Shown here: positions 14,491 through 28,059 of the stretch, piece after piece
Numbering within the stretch: the stretch's first letter is position 1
Layout of the letters: each line of letters begins with the position of its first letter
NCBI RefSeq assembly: GCF_009834535.1
Contig: NC_045697.1
Span: 117,492,001-117,556,000 of the forward strand
DNA: 64,000 nucleotides
Direction: 5' to 3'
From: Camelus ferus
Taxonomy: Eukaryota
Notes under the pieces: model-generated
Database searches by the model: none
What the model saw: the letters and a program-made list of their open reading frames with translations, nothing else
Told to the model about the DNA's origin: nothing
Translations under genes and position numbers: made by a program

Positions 14491-17027
14491 TGGAGGTCTA
14501 TTATTCTGTCAGTGTTGTTGTTTGAAATAGTCCATGAGGAAAATTAAAAATAATCTATCTTTATTTCAAATTGAAAAGTTGAACCATGAATTAAACTGAA
14601 AATGCATTTTGTGGGCTTTTTTTTTTTGACAAAACAATAAAATTCGTTTCCTCCATCCAGTTTTGAAACAAAAAATATAGGATGAACAGAAACTTCTCGA
14701 GTACTAATTTAAACAGACCACATGCTATTGTAAAAAAAAAAAAAAAAACTATGAATGATAAAACTGCTTTTAAAAATGTCACGGATCACTAGGAATTCCA
14801 TTTACTGTAAGTAAATTAAATCCCGTCAATGATGCCACTCAAGTCCTTTTTCTGTTTTTGTCATCAGTGAGAACAGAACGAAAGACGATCATCGTGACCA
14901 AGTCAACAGCTATCTGTGCTTGAAAACAGTGAGTAAGTTTATTCAGCCTCCTCTCCAAGCAGGAAGAAAAGGAAGTGTTCTAAACCTCTTCTACTGTGTA
15001 GGTCTTACCTTTCCACATTCCAATCACAACACATCCCTTCCTCGTCACCTCCTCAAAAACACACCCGTGGACAGTGTTCCGTATGTTATCCATAAAGTAT
15101 CATATAGCCCTTATAAGTGAGCATCCTTTCTTATGGGGAATAAATTCTTTCATTTTGTTCTTACTTAATTTTGAAGTGTACCACATACTAAATTTTCAGG
15201 TGATGCTATTATGGATATCCTGCCCTATCTTTCAACATATATTACAAAAACGTTCAATATTAATGACAATTTGTAAGTGAATCTCAAGTGATGTTTCTAA
15301 ACCCAACACTTATTGGCAGTTCACCATGTCCAAGAACATGGAGGCGATCGATAAGAGTGATTTAAACAAACGGCTGGTTCAGAGTCATCCACTTTATGTA
15401 TCAAAGGTAACTCACAGTTGGTGTGGATTCGCTTACTAAAACTCTCAGAACTAATATTGTGTAACCTATGAGACCTACAGAGAAATACATCCATGTATTA
15501 AGAAACTGAATTGCTCAAGTGGGAAGTATCAAGGGTGACTTTAGTTTCATCAGAAGACACTGGATAATATTAAATCGTCTCCCAAGGACACCCAGAAATA
15601 ACTCACAAACCGTGGCATGGTCAGACTCACATTTGAAGAGACTGCCGCACCATGCTTAGTTACCTAGACTCTTGGATTTGTTCTTTAGTGAGAGTAACTG
15701 ACCCTCTCTCTCAGCTTGATCTGCCCTTTCCCCACAATTCAGAGTTTTGTGTTATGTCTGGTTACTTTAAAATTCATAGATCATTTTAAAATTGAAAAAT
15801 CACTGAAAATGCATACTACAAATATTATGATGAATTTAAATTATTCAAACACAACACTAATTCATGCTCCTAGACTCCTGGTAACATATTCTAATTAGGG
15901 GACAAATTATTACTGAGATATGCCTGTTTCCTTTCCACACAAACTAGATAGAAGTAGCTTTATGTATACATGTGTTCTTTAATTCATAATATAAACTTGT
16001 ATTGTTTGTGTGGAAATGGAAATGCTATATAAATATTAGTTTGTTTAAAGCAACTAGTAGGTTTTATCATTCAACTGTATTATATCTGTACCACTATATT
16101 AGGATATTTAAATCCTGATTTAATTTCTTATTACAGAATTACTTAGAGCAAAGAGAACTTGAGATACACAGTTGTTCATTTACAAGTAGGAAAAAAATCC
16201 AGAAAATGAACGGTTCTCCCTAATATGTATATTTAAGCTATGTTCTGAAAAACCTCAAGAATATTACAAGAGTATAAAATTCAGTTCTATGCTCAGCTAA
16301 ACTCTCCGGCTCAAACAAAGAATGGTGAAAGCCTTGTTCGGTTACATCACTTCTTCACGTGCCTAACTGTTGTAGGACTAGTTACGGCTGTATGGCCTAT
16401 TTATAAGCTGACAATCTCCCTAAAACTCTCTCCAAGTACTACCAGCAGGAGCTCACAGTCCCATTTTGAGCTGCTGCTCATAATATTGTGAGGAAGTCAC
16501 AGGAAAACCATCAGCCCACAAACAGGTGACGTCTGAATGTTCCAGTTTGCATATTAATGGGTGGAATTAATAACAACTACCGCAAATAGGAATTTTTCAT
16601 TCAGACCATGTCTTCCTTCTTAAAAGTATTTTCTTTGTTCCATTTAAAATTCACTGTCCTTATTCATCTTTCAAGCACAGAAATTAATATTTATGATCAC
16701 TAAATCACGGCAGCGTGCCTCGGCCAGACGAGATTAGCATATAGTTCCCTCATTGACCCTCTCAGGAACATCGTAAAAGAAACGTACAATTTGGAAGCAT
16801 TTTTATCCTATGCGTGATGCCTCCTTGGAACTGGATGCCTTCCTTCAGGGGACAAATCATCTGGTTCAAAATTAAAACCAAGTTATAAAGCATTAGTCCT
16901 GATTTTACCTAGTGTCTCCAGAAATGTATTACCTTACCTTACAGACATTGAACCAGTAAATGAAAAGCACATTTTGATTAAGTCCTGGTTCAAACATATA
17001 TACCCTGATTTAGTGTGTATGTGCGTG

Positions 17028-17028
<1 letters not shown>

Positions 17029-17058
<30 letters not shown>
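17029..17058. repeat. (TA)n microsatellite
   Basis: Directly visible. Confidence 0.9.
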
Positions 17059-17111
17059 AATCAAAGACAACACTATATGTAATGTATTAACCTAGGAAAC
17101 CTCATTACTCT

Positions 17112-17193
17112 ATTTTTTAAATTGAAATATAGTTATTTACAATGTTGTGTTAGTTTCTGGTGTACAGCATAGTGATTCAGTTAATACATATAT

Positions 17194-17243
<50 letters not shown>

Positions 17244-17470
17244 GCATGAACTTGTTGTTTACCTATTTTATATATAGTAGTTAGTATCTTCAAATCTCGA
17301 ACTCCCAGTTTATCCCTCCCCACCCCGTTCCCCCCAATAACCATAGGTTTGTTTTCTATGTCTGTGAGTCTGTTTCAGTTTTGTAAATAAGTTCATCAGT
17401 GTAATTTTTTTCTAGATTCCACATACAAGTGGTATCATATGGTATTTTTCCTCCTTTGTCTGGCTTACTT
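17112..17470 (-). mobile_element. L1 3' end with an internal (TA)n expansion at about 17200-17238
   Basis: Reverse complement of the L1 3' UTR: 'aatgttgtgttagtttctggtgtacagcatagtgattcag' through 'tagattccacata'. Confidence 0.9.
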
Positions 17471-19204
17471 AGGGTAACCCCATTACTCTAGAGTTCAAAT
17501 GTGTTAAAGATCTATCTGCCTCCTCTCTCTGGAGGGAAGCAGGCAACTTTTAGGGAGGGCACTGCTTTCTCAAGGAGGGCCAGGCTGCTGCCCCATGGCT
17601 CGGACAAAGAGAAGATGCTGAAGAGTCCCAAAGGAAGAGTTCAGCACCCCCCTCAGCTGTAAACCTGAAATCATCAAAGACGATGTGCACAGGAGACAGG
17701 GAGGCGTCTGTGTCCTCCCTCCTCTGTCTACAGCTGGGATGGATTCTCCTGGTCTTGCTGTTCAGCCTGTGGATGGCTATCTGGAGGCTGGAAAGGTTTC
17801 ACTGGCATCTTAGTTAAGAGCCATGCAGTGAGAAAACACCAGAAAAGTTTGTCTTTTTCATCCAGCTCAGATGCAGGGCAGAGTGTGGGACAGCCACCCT
17901 CATACTTGGGCTCTGTGCTGTTCATAAGAGCATCAATTCACGTATTTAGAAATTAAAATTTAACAATATGTTTACCTGATCTAGACTCTCAGAAAGATCT
18001 TTTTTTTTTAATATATCTATTTTGATGTGTTTGGCCTTGATATATACTATAAAACTTTTTTTAAATCTAAGATATGCTTCAGAATTCAATTAATACAGTT
18101 CTATTTCTAATTTTTATTAAGTTTTTATTATTTTTGGGCTGATTTCCCTTTGACCTTGCTAATGTCTTGAAACCCTTGATTTGATTCACTCGACTGAATG
18201 ATCTCTTTTCTAGCCTTAAGATTATTAAAAACAGACAGACAGAAATCTTACAGTCAAGGAAGTAGGAAGAGACCCACATCAAAAGCAGACCAAGCTGTTG
18301 GACATGGAGGCACATGGAGACAGAAATTGAAAGACAAAATCATTTTAAAGCATGCGTCATCTGGGAGGCAAACACAGATTCATCCTCAGATCATGTACCA
18401 CCAAAACAAGGAGGTGCTTCCCTGCAGTGTAAGAGAACTGGGTTAAGGACCAAAGGGAAAAAGAAACAGTTCGTGTGTGAACCTCTGAATAAACCTGTGG
18501 TATGCCAGCAAAGCTACAAAAATCAGGTTATTAGTAAGAAAAAAAATCAAAAAGCAAACATCCCATTTCCACGAGCCAAGCAAAACACTGCATAAGGGTC
18601 AAGTCTTCTGCTAGTATTCTGAGTCTTACACATTCATCTGTGAAAACAGATCCGGGTGAAAGGCCAGCGTAACACGCTTCGCATGACACGTGAGCAGTCA
18701 TTAGGCAACACTTTGAGAATCAATCCGTAAGTCATTTTTAGCTTCAAGATACAATTACTTAATATTATCACTCTAACGTTCCTCTCTCAGCAGATGCGCT
18801 TGAAGTCAAATCAATTTGCTCAATGACTGGAGATTATCTCATCACTTCAATTTCATTTAATATTTCTGAAGTACTAATAAAACCACTTAGAAATGTCTCA
18901 GGTTCTTTGCACAAGTACATACACCCATCCATCACCATCGGATCATTTATTTCCCAGAGCTTCTCTTTCTTCAAATACTGGAGTTTCTTTTTAGTATTTA
19001 CGTCAGCTGCTGTCTCTCTGAATTATCTCAAAAGTTCAGTTTCACCTAGAGGGAGTCATAGTGCGGGTGACGTGTGTCTCTAAAGTGAAAAACGCCACCT
19101 TCCATCCGATCAAAGAGTAAAAAGAATTCATCTTCTGATCCTTCGATTTAGCAAGCAGGATTCAAGTTCTATTATCATCTCAAACTTAAAAGACATACAT
19201 GCTT

Positions 19205-19930
19205 AACTCATTCATTTATTAACACGATTTACTGACTATCGGCTGTTCCAGCGTTAACTTACGCACTGTGTGTACAGTAACGCGTAGTGGGTGCTGTCTG
19301 GGCACTGCCTTCCTGGGGCTTACAGCCAGATCTTAAATGAGAAGAGAAGTTGGTCTGTGTGATTAAAACCGTCCTTGGAACGTGGAACAGCACTTCTTGG
19401 ATGAAAGGATGAACACCAATATTAATTATAAATTCTGATAAGCACTATATAGGAAAAGAAGAGATTGCTTTGAGAGAGAATGACGAGGTAAAGTGCATCT
19501 CCGTGGAAATGTGATAGAAACTGAAGGAGAAAGATTTAGAAATACGTGCAGAGATTCGAGGTGAAGGTGTCCGGTGCATCTGAGACGGTGAAAGGTTACT
19601 GAGATGGACTTAGCTTACTGAGCGAGCAGGACACTCAGTTATCAGGCAGGAACCCGATACTGTAAGACCTTAGAGTCCTGTGAAGAATTTTCAACTTTAC
19701 CCTCATTCTAATAGAAGCCACTGGAGTGTTTTAAGCAAGGCAGTGGTGTGGTCAGAAAAGCACTACAAGCATTCAAAACTTCTGGCCACTTTATGGAACA
19801 TGGATGAAAGACAAACAAGAGTGAAAATGGAAGATGAAGGATGGACACACAGTGGTGTCTTGGCCTGGAGGCGTGACAATGACGAAGGAGATTATCGAGA
19901 AATAGAAGATATTTAGATGGAAGGGATCCT
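19205..19930 (-). mobile_element. L2 remnant; boundaries approximate
   Basis: 'tcattcatttattaacacgatttactga' L2-type tail and 'agccactggagtgttttaagcagg'-like motifs. Confidence 0.5.
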
Positions 19931-19949
19931 ATCCAGAGGAGGCAAGAGT

Positions 19950-20367
19950 CAGCAACACGATGGGCCCAGAGGTGATCACACTAAGTGGAGAAAGTCAGAC
20001 AGAGAAAGACAATTACCATATGGTATCACTTATATGTGGAATCTAAAAAATGATACAAATGAACTTGTTTACAAAACAGAGACAGACTCACAGACACAGA
20101 AAACAAACTTATGGTTACCAAAGCAGGGAGGAGGGAGGGATCAATTAGGAGTTTGGGATTAGCAGATACAGACCACTATATATAAAACAGATAAACAACA
20201 ATGTCCTACTGTACAGCACAGGGAACTATATTTAATATCTTATAATAACCTATAATGAAAAAGAATATATATATACACTTATAACTGAATCACTATGCTG
20301 TACACCTGAAACATTCTAAATCAACTATACTTTTATTAAACTATTAAAAATAAAATAATTTTTAAAA
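19950..20367 (+). mobile_element. L1 3' end with a perfect 15-bp TSD
   Basis: TSD agaggaggcaagagt at 19935-19949 and 20368-20382, enclosing an L1 ORF2 end and 3' UTR. Confidence 0.93.
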
Positions 20368-21272
20368 AGAGGAGGCAAGAGTGAAAGGTGTATTAACAAT
20401 CCTCCCAGATTTCAGGTTGGTTCTGCTAACATAGGAGACTGAAGGACTCAGCAGAGGACAAGAGGAAGGACTCTGAGAAGCCTAGTGTCCTGAGCCCTTT
20501 TATCACATTACTGAGAAGGATGCCCCAGTGTCCTCCAGCACGCTGGAAACCGTATGTACTCTCAATGGTTCTGTGTTTTGAGTTTTTCACTCCCTTCTCC
20601 ACAGAGGGGGAAGGCTGCTGACTGTTGACAGAGCTGTGTTTTCAGTTTGTACACCGCTGACTGGCTTTTCCAGGTAGGGTCCTCATTCTCAGGACTGGAG
20701 GCCAGGACAGAGAATCAGACACCTGGGCTGGAGCACGCCCAGCCAGACTGCTGCAGCCAAGACTCCAAACTGATCCTTGGAGGAGGGGCTGATGGCCAGC
20801 TCTCTCCTCATCTGCCCTTGCAGGTTAGCAGGGTGCCCTCTCCTGGTAGAAACAGGTTTCTGGTTTCCACCCAAACCTTCAAAGCCAGCTGCTTCCTGGA
20901 CAGGCTGGTATGTGGGGACCATTCCAGATTTGTGCAATAGTGGTTCTCATTACTTTTGAGTTTGGTGATGGGTGCCTTCTGGAGAAAAGCCACCTATTAT
21001 TATGTGCATGAAATGTTCATGTGATTTTAGGACGTACACAGACCCACTGAAACAGAATCATGGACCCAGGAATGGTTAAAAATATCTGGAAGTCTATGAC
21101 AGGTCAGTCAGTCAGGTCTGCTAATACCAAACTTCACAACAAGGGATGCGGAAAACACAAAGAAAGTACCCTCCCCCAGCTAAAAAAAAAAAAAAAGAAT
21201 AGTATAATGAGGCAAGACTCTATCCAATTGGCATGTTAGTCCAAAATGTCTCATCATTAACAACTGCACGGT

Positions 21273-21393
21273 GGGGAGGGCATAGCTCAGTGGTGAAGCA
21301 CCAGCCTAGCATGCACGAGGTCCTGGGTTCAATCCCCAGCACCTCCATTTAATAAATAAATAAACCTAATTAAGACCCTCCTAAAAAAAAATA
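21273..21393 (+). mobile_element. tRNA-derived SINE (camelid Vic-1-like)
   Basis: ggggagggcatagctcagtgg (A box) ... tagcatgcacgaggtcctgggttcaatcccc (B box), then an (AAAT)n/A tail. Confidence 0.9.
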
Positions 21394-21892
21394 ATGTCTC
21401 AAAAACATAACTGTACAGAGTTGTGAAAAAGCCATGCATGAGTCTACTGTCAAAAGACCTCAGTTCAGCTGACCCACACGTGGATGGGTCATAAGAAAGT
21501 CTTTCACATTCTCTGAGATTCAGGGATCTCATTCTAAAGCAAAATTAATAATAACTGTCCCTGACTGATAAAATTTTTGCTTGTGAAAATCTTTCATATA
21601 TATAAATTTTTGTAGTTCTTATTCATATATTTATTCCAATTTTACCCAAACCGATTTCCAAGGCAGTCACCTCACTGACCTTGAACTAGTAATAACAGTC
21701 ATCATAGGGTCTCAGCTGCTGGTGCCAGGAAGTGCTTTTTTCATTACAACTGCACATCAGGGCATGATGTGAACACAGTCTACCTCTGTAAATTGTACAC
21801 TCATGATTTTTTGTTTATTTTACTCTAAGTTTACTTCCCAGGTTTCAAATTGTATTATTCATTTATAGCATAATGAAACCAAGTTACCTTTG

Positions 21893-22200
21893 GGCTTTTT
21901 TATTTTTTTAATTTTAATTGAAGTGTACTTGATTTACAATGTTAGTTTCAGGTGTACAGCAAAGCGAATCAGTTATACATATACATACATATATGTTTTT
22001 TCCTTTCAGATTCTTTCCCATTATATGTTATCACAAGAGATTGAATAGAGTTCCCTGTGGTATACAGTAGGTCCTTGTTGTTTATCTACTTTATATATAG
22101 TAGCGTGTGTCCGCTAATCCCCAGCCCTTGATTTATCCCTCTCTACTTTCCCCTCTCGTAACCATGGTTTGTTTTCTACGTCCATGAGTCTGCTTTGGTT
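21893..22200 (-). mobile_element. L1 3' end, about 100 nt downstream of the exon 3 donor
   Basis: T-rich tail then 'aattgaagtgtacttgatttacaatgttagtttcaggtgtacagc...gttccctgtggtatacagtaggtccttgttg'. Confidence 0.9.
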
Positions 22201-22296
22201 TTCTCCTAATACACTCACGGAGCTCTATGGCATTACATGGAAGCATCAAGGGTGGGCATTGAGTCTGACCCATCATAAAGAGACCAGGTATTGTCA

Positions 22297-22683
<387 letters not shown>

Positions 22684-22771
22684 TCATCAAATTTATGAGC
22701 ACTTATTTACTTAGCACCCTAGTTGAGAGATTCAAAGAATCATAAAGCATTAGAGAAATGATTCCGGCGAT

Positions 22772-24178
22772 AGGACTACATCAAACTAAAGAGCTTTTGC
22801 ACAGCGAAGAAAACTATCAACAAAGTGGCCTACTGAGGGGGAGAGGATACTGCCAGTTCATATATCTGATAAGGGGTTATATCCAATATATACAAGTAAT
22901 TTATAGAAATCAATATCAAAAAAGAAAACAACCCAATTTATCAATGGGCAGAGGGTTTGAATAGACATTTTCCAAAGAAGACATGCAGACGGTCAACAGG
23001 CAGATGAAAAGATGCTCAACATCACTAATCAGGGAAATGCAAATCAGAACTGCAATGAGATAGCATCTCACACCTGCCAGAATGGGTATCGTCAAAAAGA
23101 CCACAGATAACAAATGCTGACAAGGGTGTGGAGAAAAGGGCACCCTCCTGCACTGTTGCTGGGAATGTAAAGTCGTGTGACCACTGTGGAAAACAGTATG
23201 GAGGTTCCTCAAAAAACTAAAATAGAACTACCATACGATCCATCAATTCCACTTCTAGGCATTTTTCTAAAGAAAACATATGCACCTCCATGTTCATAAC
23301 AGCATATTTATAATAACCAAGATATGGAACAAACCCAAGCGTCCACCAACAGATGAATGGATAAAGATATGGTGGTATATATATATATATATTTACACAC
23401 ATTGGAATATTACTCAGCTATAAAAAATAATAAAATCTTCGATGGACATAGAGTATATTGTGCTGAGTGAAATAAGTCAGTCAGAGAAAGGCAAATGCTG
23501 TATTATTTCATGTATATGTGGAATCCAAAACGCAAAACAAATGAACAAACATAACGAAACAGAGAGTCACAGATACAGAGAACAAGCAGATGGTTACCAG
23601 AGGGGAGAGGGTAGGGGATGAGAGAAATAGGTGAGGGAAATCAGGAGGTACAAATTTTCAGTAACAAAATAAATGAGTCGGGGGTGAAATGTACATGGCG
23701 ATCATTTTGTAATGTACAGAAATGTCACATCACCATGTTGTGCACCACGAGCTAACACAGATGCTGTAGGTCAATTATACTCAAACAAGCAAACTCACAG
23801 AAAAAAGGTCACATTTGTGGTCACCAGAGGTGGAAGGTAGGGGGGAACTGGATGGTCAAAAGGCCCAAGATTCTAGTTATAAGATAATTTATTAGGGATG
23901 TAACACACATGATTAACATAATTAACACCTCTGTGTGTTACATATGAAAGTTGGTAAGAGAGTAAATCGTAAGTTCTCATCACCAAGGAAACATTTTTTT
24001 TCTTTTAGTTTTCTTTTATTCCTGTACATGAGATGAGGGATGTTCACTAAGGTTACTGTTGTGAGCATTTAACAATATATATAAGTCAAGTCATTGTGCT
24101 GTACACCTTAAATTCATACAGTGCTGTATGTCAATTATACCTCAGTAGAACAAGAAGAAAAAAAGAGAAAAGAAAATA
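22772..24178 (+). mobile_element. Older L1 3' portion (degenerate ORF2 C-terminus plus 3' UTR)
   Basis: 'ggactacatcaaactaaagagcttttgcacagc', 'agacattttccaaagaagacatgcagacgg', 'ccactgtggaaaacagtatggaggttcctc', and an A-rich end. Confidence 0.88.
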
Positions 24179-24849
24179 CACATGATTTAACAAACTACGT
24201 AAGTGTAAACATATTTTAGGACAGCCCCATTTAAAAAAAAAGTACAAGTAAAAGTCATTAGTTATAAGAACAGTCTACAATTCCCTGGGATTTATACACA
24301 TTCATAAGAACTCATTCTCTATATTATCTGACTCTTTTAAGAAGCTTTATTGCATTAATAATGCTTTTTTACTAGAAGATAAGCATGCTTATGAGAAGTT
24401 CTGATGCTGACCAGAACCTCTTTAAGAGAAGATGGATACAAGACTCACATCTCACACAGAGACCCAGGAACGTGTTACCTGAAACGTACATCGCTCACCT
24501 TGCGTGGCTCAGTCAATTAAGTGAAATTCAGAGCTCCTAATTTTAATCTTTTCCACAGACTTAACTTATCCCATGTGTTCTACTCCATACAGAACAAAAA
24601 CTGTTACCAAAGTATTTTGGCTTGGGGTCATCATTCTTAGAAAGATAATACTTTATTTGGAAGTCCCTGTTACTCCCAGAGTCCCTTGTCCTCTGCCAAT
24701 ATCTGTATGTCAGGGAGCTGTGTTCTCCAGCCCCTCCCCCATAGTCAGACCATCACTGAGTCACGGTCATTCTAACACCCCGAAAGACTCCAATGTGGCT
24801 TACTCATTTCTGTCTATACGCCAACCGTCTTAGTGCACCACCAGCACAT

Positions 24850-25090
24850 AGTATGCACCTTGTATTTGCCATGTGGCCTGGCACGGTACATTAACTCATT
24901 TATTTCTCATGATATCCCTTGAGGTAGGAACTATTATTAATCCCAAATTACTGATAGGAAATTTAAAACAGAGGGGAATTAAGTGGCTTTACCCAAGTTC
25001 AGACAGCTAGTAAGTGAGAGATGCTGTATTGAAACCCAGACAGTCTGGATTCAGAGTCGACACTCTTAACTGATGGATAATACTGTGTCC
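24850..25090 (-). mobile_element. MIR SINE
   Basis: Core 'ttgaggtaggaactattattaatcccaaattactgataggaaa...aagtggctttacccaagttcagacagctagtaag'. Confidence 0.7.
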
Positions 25091-28059
25091 CACATTCAGA
25101 TAATTGGACTACCTACCCAACTTTCCTCCTTCATCTAATTATGCCCCCTGCATTCAATTCTCCACAATATAACCAGGATAACTTTTTGAAACACAGTCTT
25201 GTCAAATCTCTCTGAAAAGTAAGTGTTAATTTATCCAAGACTAATCCCCTGCAATGCACCATGGAAACCAGCCCCCCCCCCAGTGTTTAAGACAACCTGT
25301 GCAAGTCAACCACATGTTTGGGTGAATGAATAGTTGATATTTTTTCATCTTGACTTCAATCCAAAATATGAAAGTCAGCTATCCAGTAACATAATCTAAC
25401 AACCCAGAGCGTAATACAGAGCATTATTTTAAATTAATTAAACCTCATTGAAAGGATGAGGCCAAAAGTATCATATTCACAAAAATAAACGGTCTATAGA
25501 CGAAATGGACTTGTTTCATGAGTAAGAGCATTGCTAAAATATATGCACATCCTAATAGCCAACTGCAGACCATACATGACAGGCAATGATTTTTACTGAC
25601 TATTGTGTTATATGAAACAAAAGGAAAGCAAGGTTGGCTACTTCTCTGAGTGGCCCTTATTCAGCAAATTTTCCCATTTTCTTCTAAATATTTACTAATC
25701 TTCAGTTCATCTCTGCCTTTCTAGATTGTGTCTGTGCAATGTATCAATTGCCAGCTCCCTTACTACTAATTTTCTGCAGAATAGACTAATATATCTCGGA
25801 AAATACCTGCATGTGTTTCTTCACATTTAAATACTTCAGCGTAAAGCAAAGATGAGATGCCTGACCTTGTCTTATCTTTGTCCTTGTCTGAGTACAGAGG
25901 TTGAAGACACCCTTGCCGGTGTTTGACTGTGCTCACTCTTCACATGCATGGAGAAGCCCTTCCATTGCTGAAACCCTTCTAGGCAAACTCAGCCGTGATC
26001 TCCTACTGTATACATGGATATATGTGTATTGACATGTGTGTCTTAAACCTCAAGTTTGTTCAGAAATTATTGATTCCATATGACACAGAAAAATTAGCAC
26101 TTGCTATAAAATCTGCTCTGGGTCTATTTTATTTCATTTCCTGCAGAGTTGGCCTGTCATCTAAAAGCTATAGGAATATCGGGCGGCATGATTTATTCAT
26201 GAGACCTCCTCTTCCCGTCTGCAGTGAAGTTGCTTCTGGGCTGGGAACAGCAGGCCTGGCAAAGGATGGCCGGGCTTGAACACACAGACGCTCTTAATAA
26301 GGAGCCATGCCTTTCCTTTTCCATTTGTGTTAGACTCTGGAGTGAGTCGTCAAGGGGCCTCCTGGTTACCATGGCCATCTGGAAACACTTGGCTTTGGCC
26401 CCACAACAGGCACAAACTGTACATAACTTCGTAAGAAATTACAATTCACCTAACTCAGAAGGCACTTTTTTTCTTCCAGGCAATTCAGCTAATTGTCCAA
26501 TGACCATGACTGTGTAACAGTGGCCTTTCTCTCCTGGTTGTCCCTGCTCTGTTGACTTTCTCCCCTGCCTGTATCACTGCATCACACATAGTCAACTATC
26601 TCCTTGCCTGTCCTCTAGTTTTCTGGGTATTTCTCTCTCAGTGTCCCTCTACCACACAAACAACTAACAGCCATCTGGTCAACATCACCCACCTCCCTCT
26701 CCTTACCACACAGCCATCACCGTCCCTGTCCCCAAATATAATAAGGCTTTCATTGAGATTTACCCCCAGGAACCAGCCAGAATGCTGACTCAGCCTCAGG
26801 GATGTTGCTTACCCAGTCCACTGTGATCATCTCAAGATGAACTGAGAGCCACACTCTGAACACTCCATCCCTAAAATACCCAAGAGGGTCTGCATTCTGC
26901 TGCAGACGTTCTCCCAATCCAGCCGGGATCCAAGACCCCGCTGATGCAACACACAAGGACACACATGTACTCCTTTCAAAGGACTCCTCGTCTGATTAGA
27001 AATAACATTACTCATTTTCACCTCTACCTCATTGCCCAGCAATCCTCCAAAATTTAAAGCCATGTCCCTCCCTCCGATCCATCCTCAAAGGAGGGAGATT
27101 TACTAGCACTGAGAATATTCAGGTAGTGTGTCAGAGCTCTGGAAACAATTTCAAAGACAACTTTTTAAAATGAGTGAGACAATACCACACTCCATACATA
27201 GCCATCTTCTCTGGGTCACCTCTGGAGGCAGAAGAAGGGGCAGAAAAGTCTCGGTCTCACCTCGAGATTGATGACCCATGCAGTTGCCCGTGAAACACTA
27301 GTCTGAATTTCTGAATGATTAGGCTAATCAGTATTAGAATTGCATTTGTGTCTTAAAACTCCAAACTGATTGTAAAATATTAAACAAAGATGCTCTCAAT
27401 CAGTATGACTATAATTAAAAATTTAATCTCAACTTTGAGAAGCTCAGCAAAGGCAAGTGCTTTTAAAAGACACCTTAGGTCAAACAGCAGGAAGGATAAT
27501 CTCCGGGATCCAAGTAACTTGCTGATTATTCCACTTCTTATTGCGAGCCCAGACGATGAAAGCCAATAACAACACTGATGGTGCATCCGACTCACATCTT
27601 TTCTCCTGGGCCATTCTGCTCACTGGTGCTGCTAATGTAGCATCCTCGGTACAATCGGAGAACCTTGCATGGTTAGTAGAAAGGGAGAAGCACAGGGCTT
27701 GATTTATTTTCGTTTTACATTTTTTAATGTACAAATTACCATTCACGTCTATGGAACCCATAGGCTGCTTCGTAAGCAGGGATGGTGCTTTGCAGGGTGT
27801 GCAAAGTCTGCTGAAAACGGCACCAACAAGCAATCCTGACCTCAGAATACGGAGACCACAGAAAATCTCCCTCATCTTCCATCACGCAACTTCCGGCATT
27901 ACCTCCTTGTAAACAGTGACCTCGATTTTCCTACTGAAATTTCTCTAGTGAGCTCCTAAACACTAAATCCAATCAGTCTTTCCTCAGATCTAGCTAATTT
28001 ACTCATCAAAATCTTGTTTGTATGTTTTCAAATTTTAACTTTTAAAATTATTTGTTCTC

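Noticed and set aside
21273..21350. tRNA-Ala-like sequences here and at 32298, 33422, 41928 and 56293 as real tRNA genes
   Set aside because: They have degenerate stems, SINE tails and/or TSDs, so they are retroposed SINE copies.
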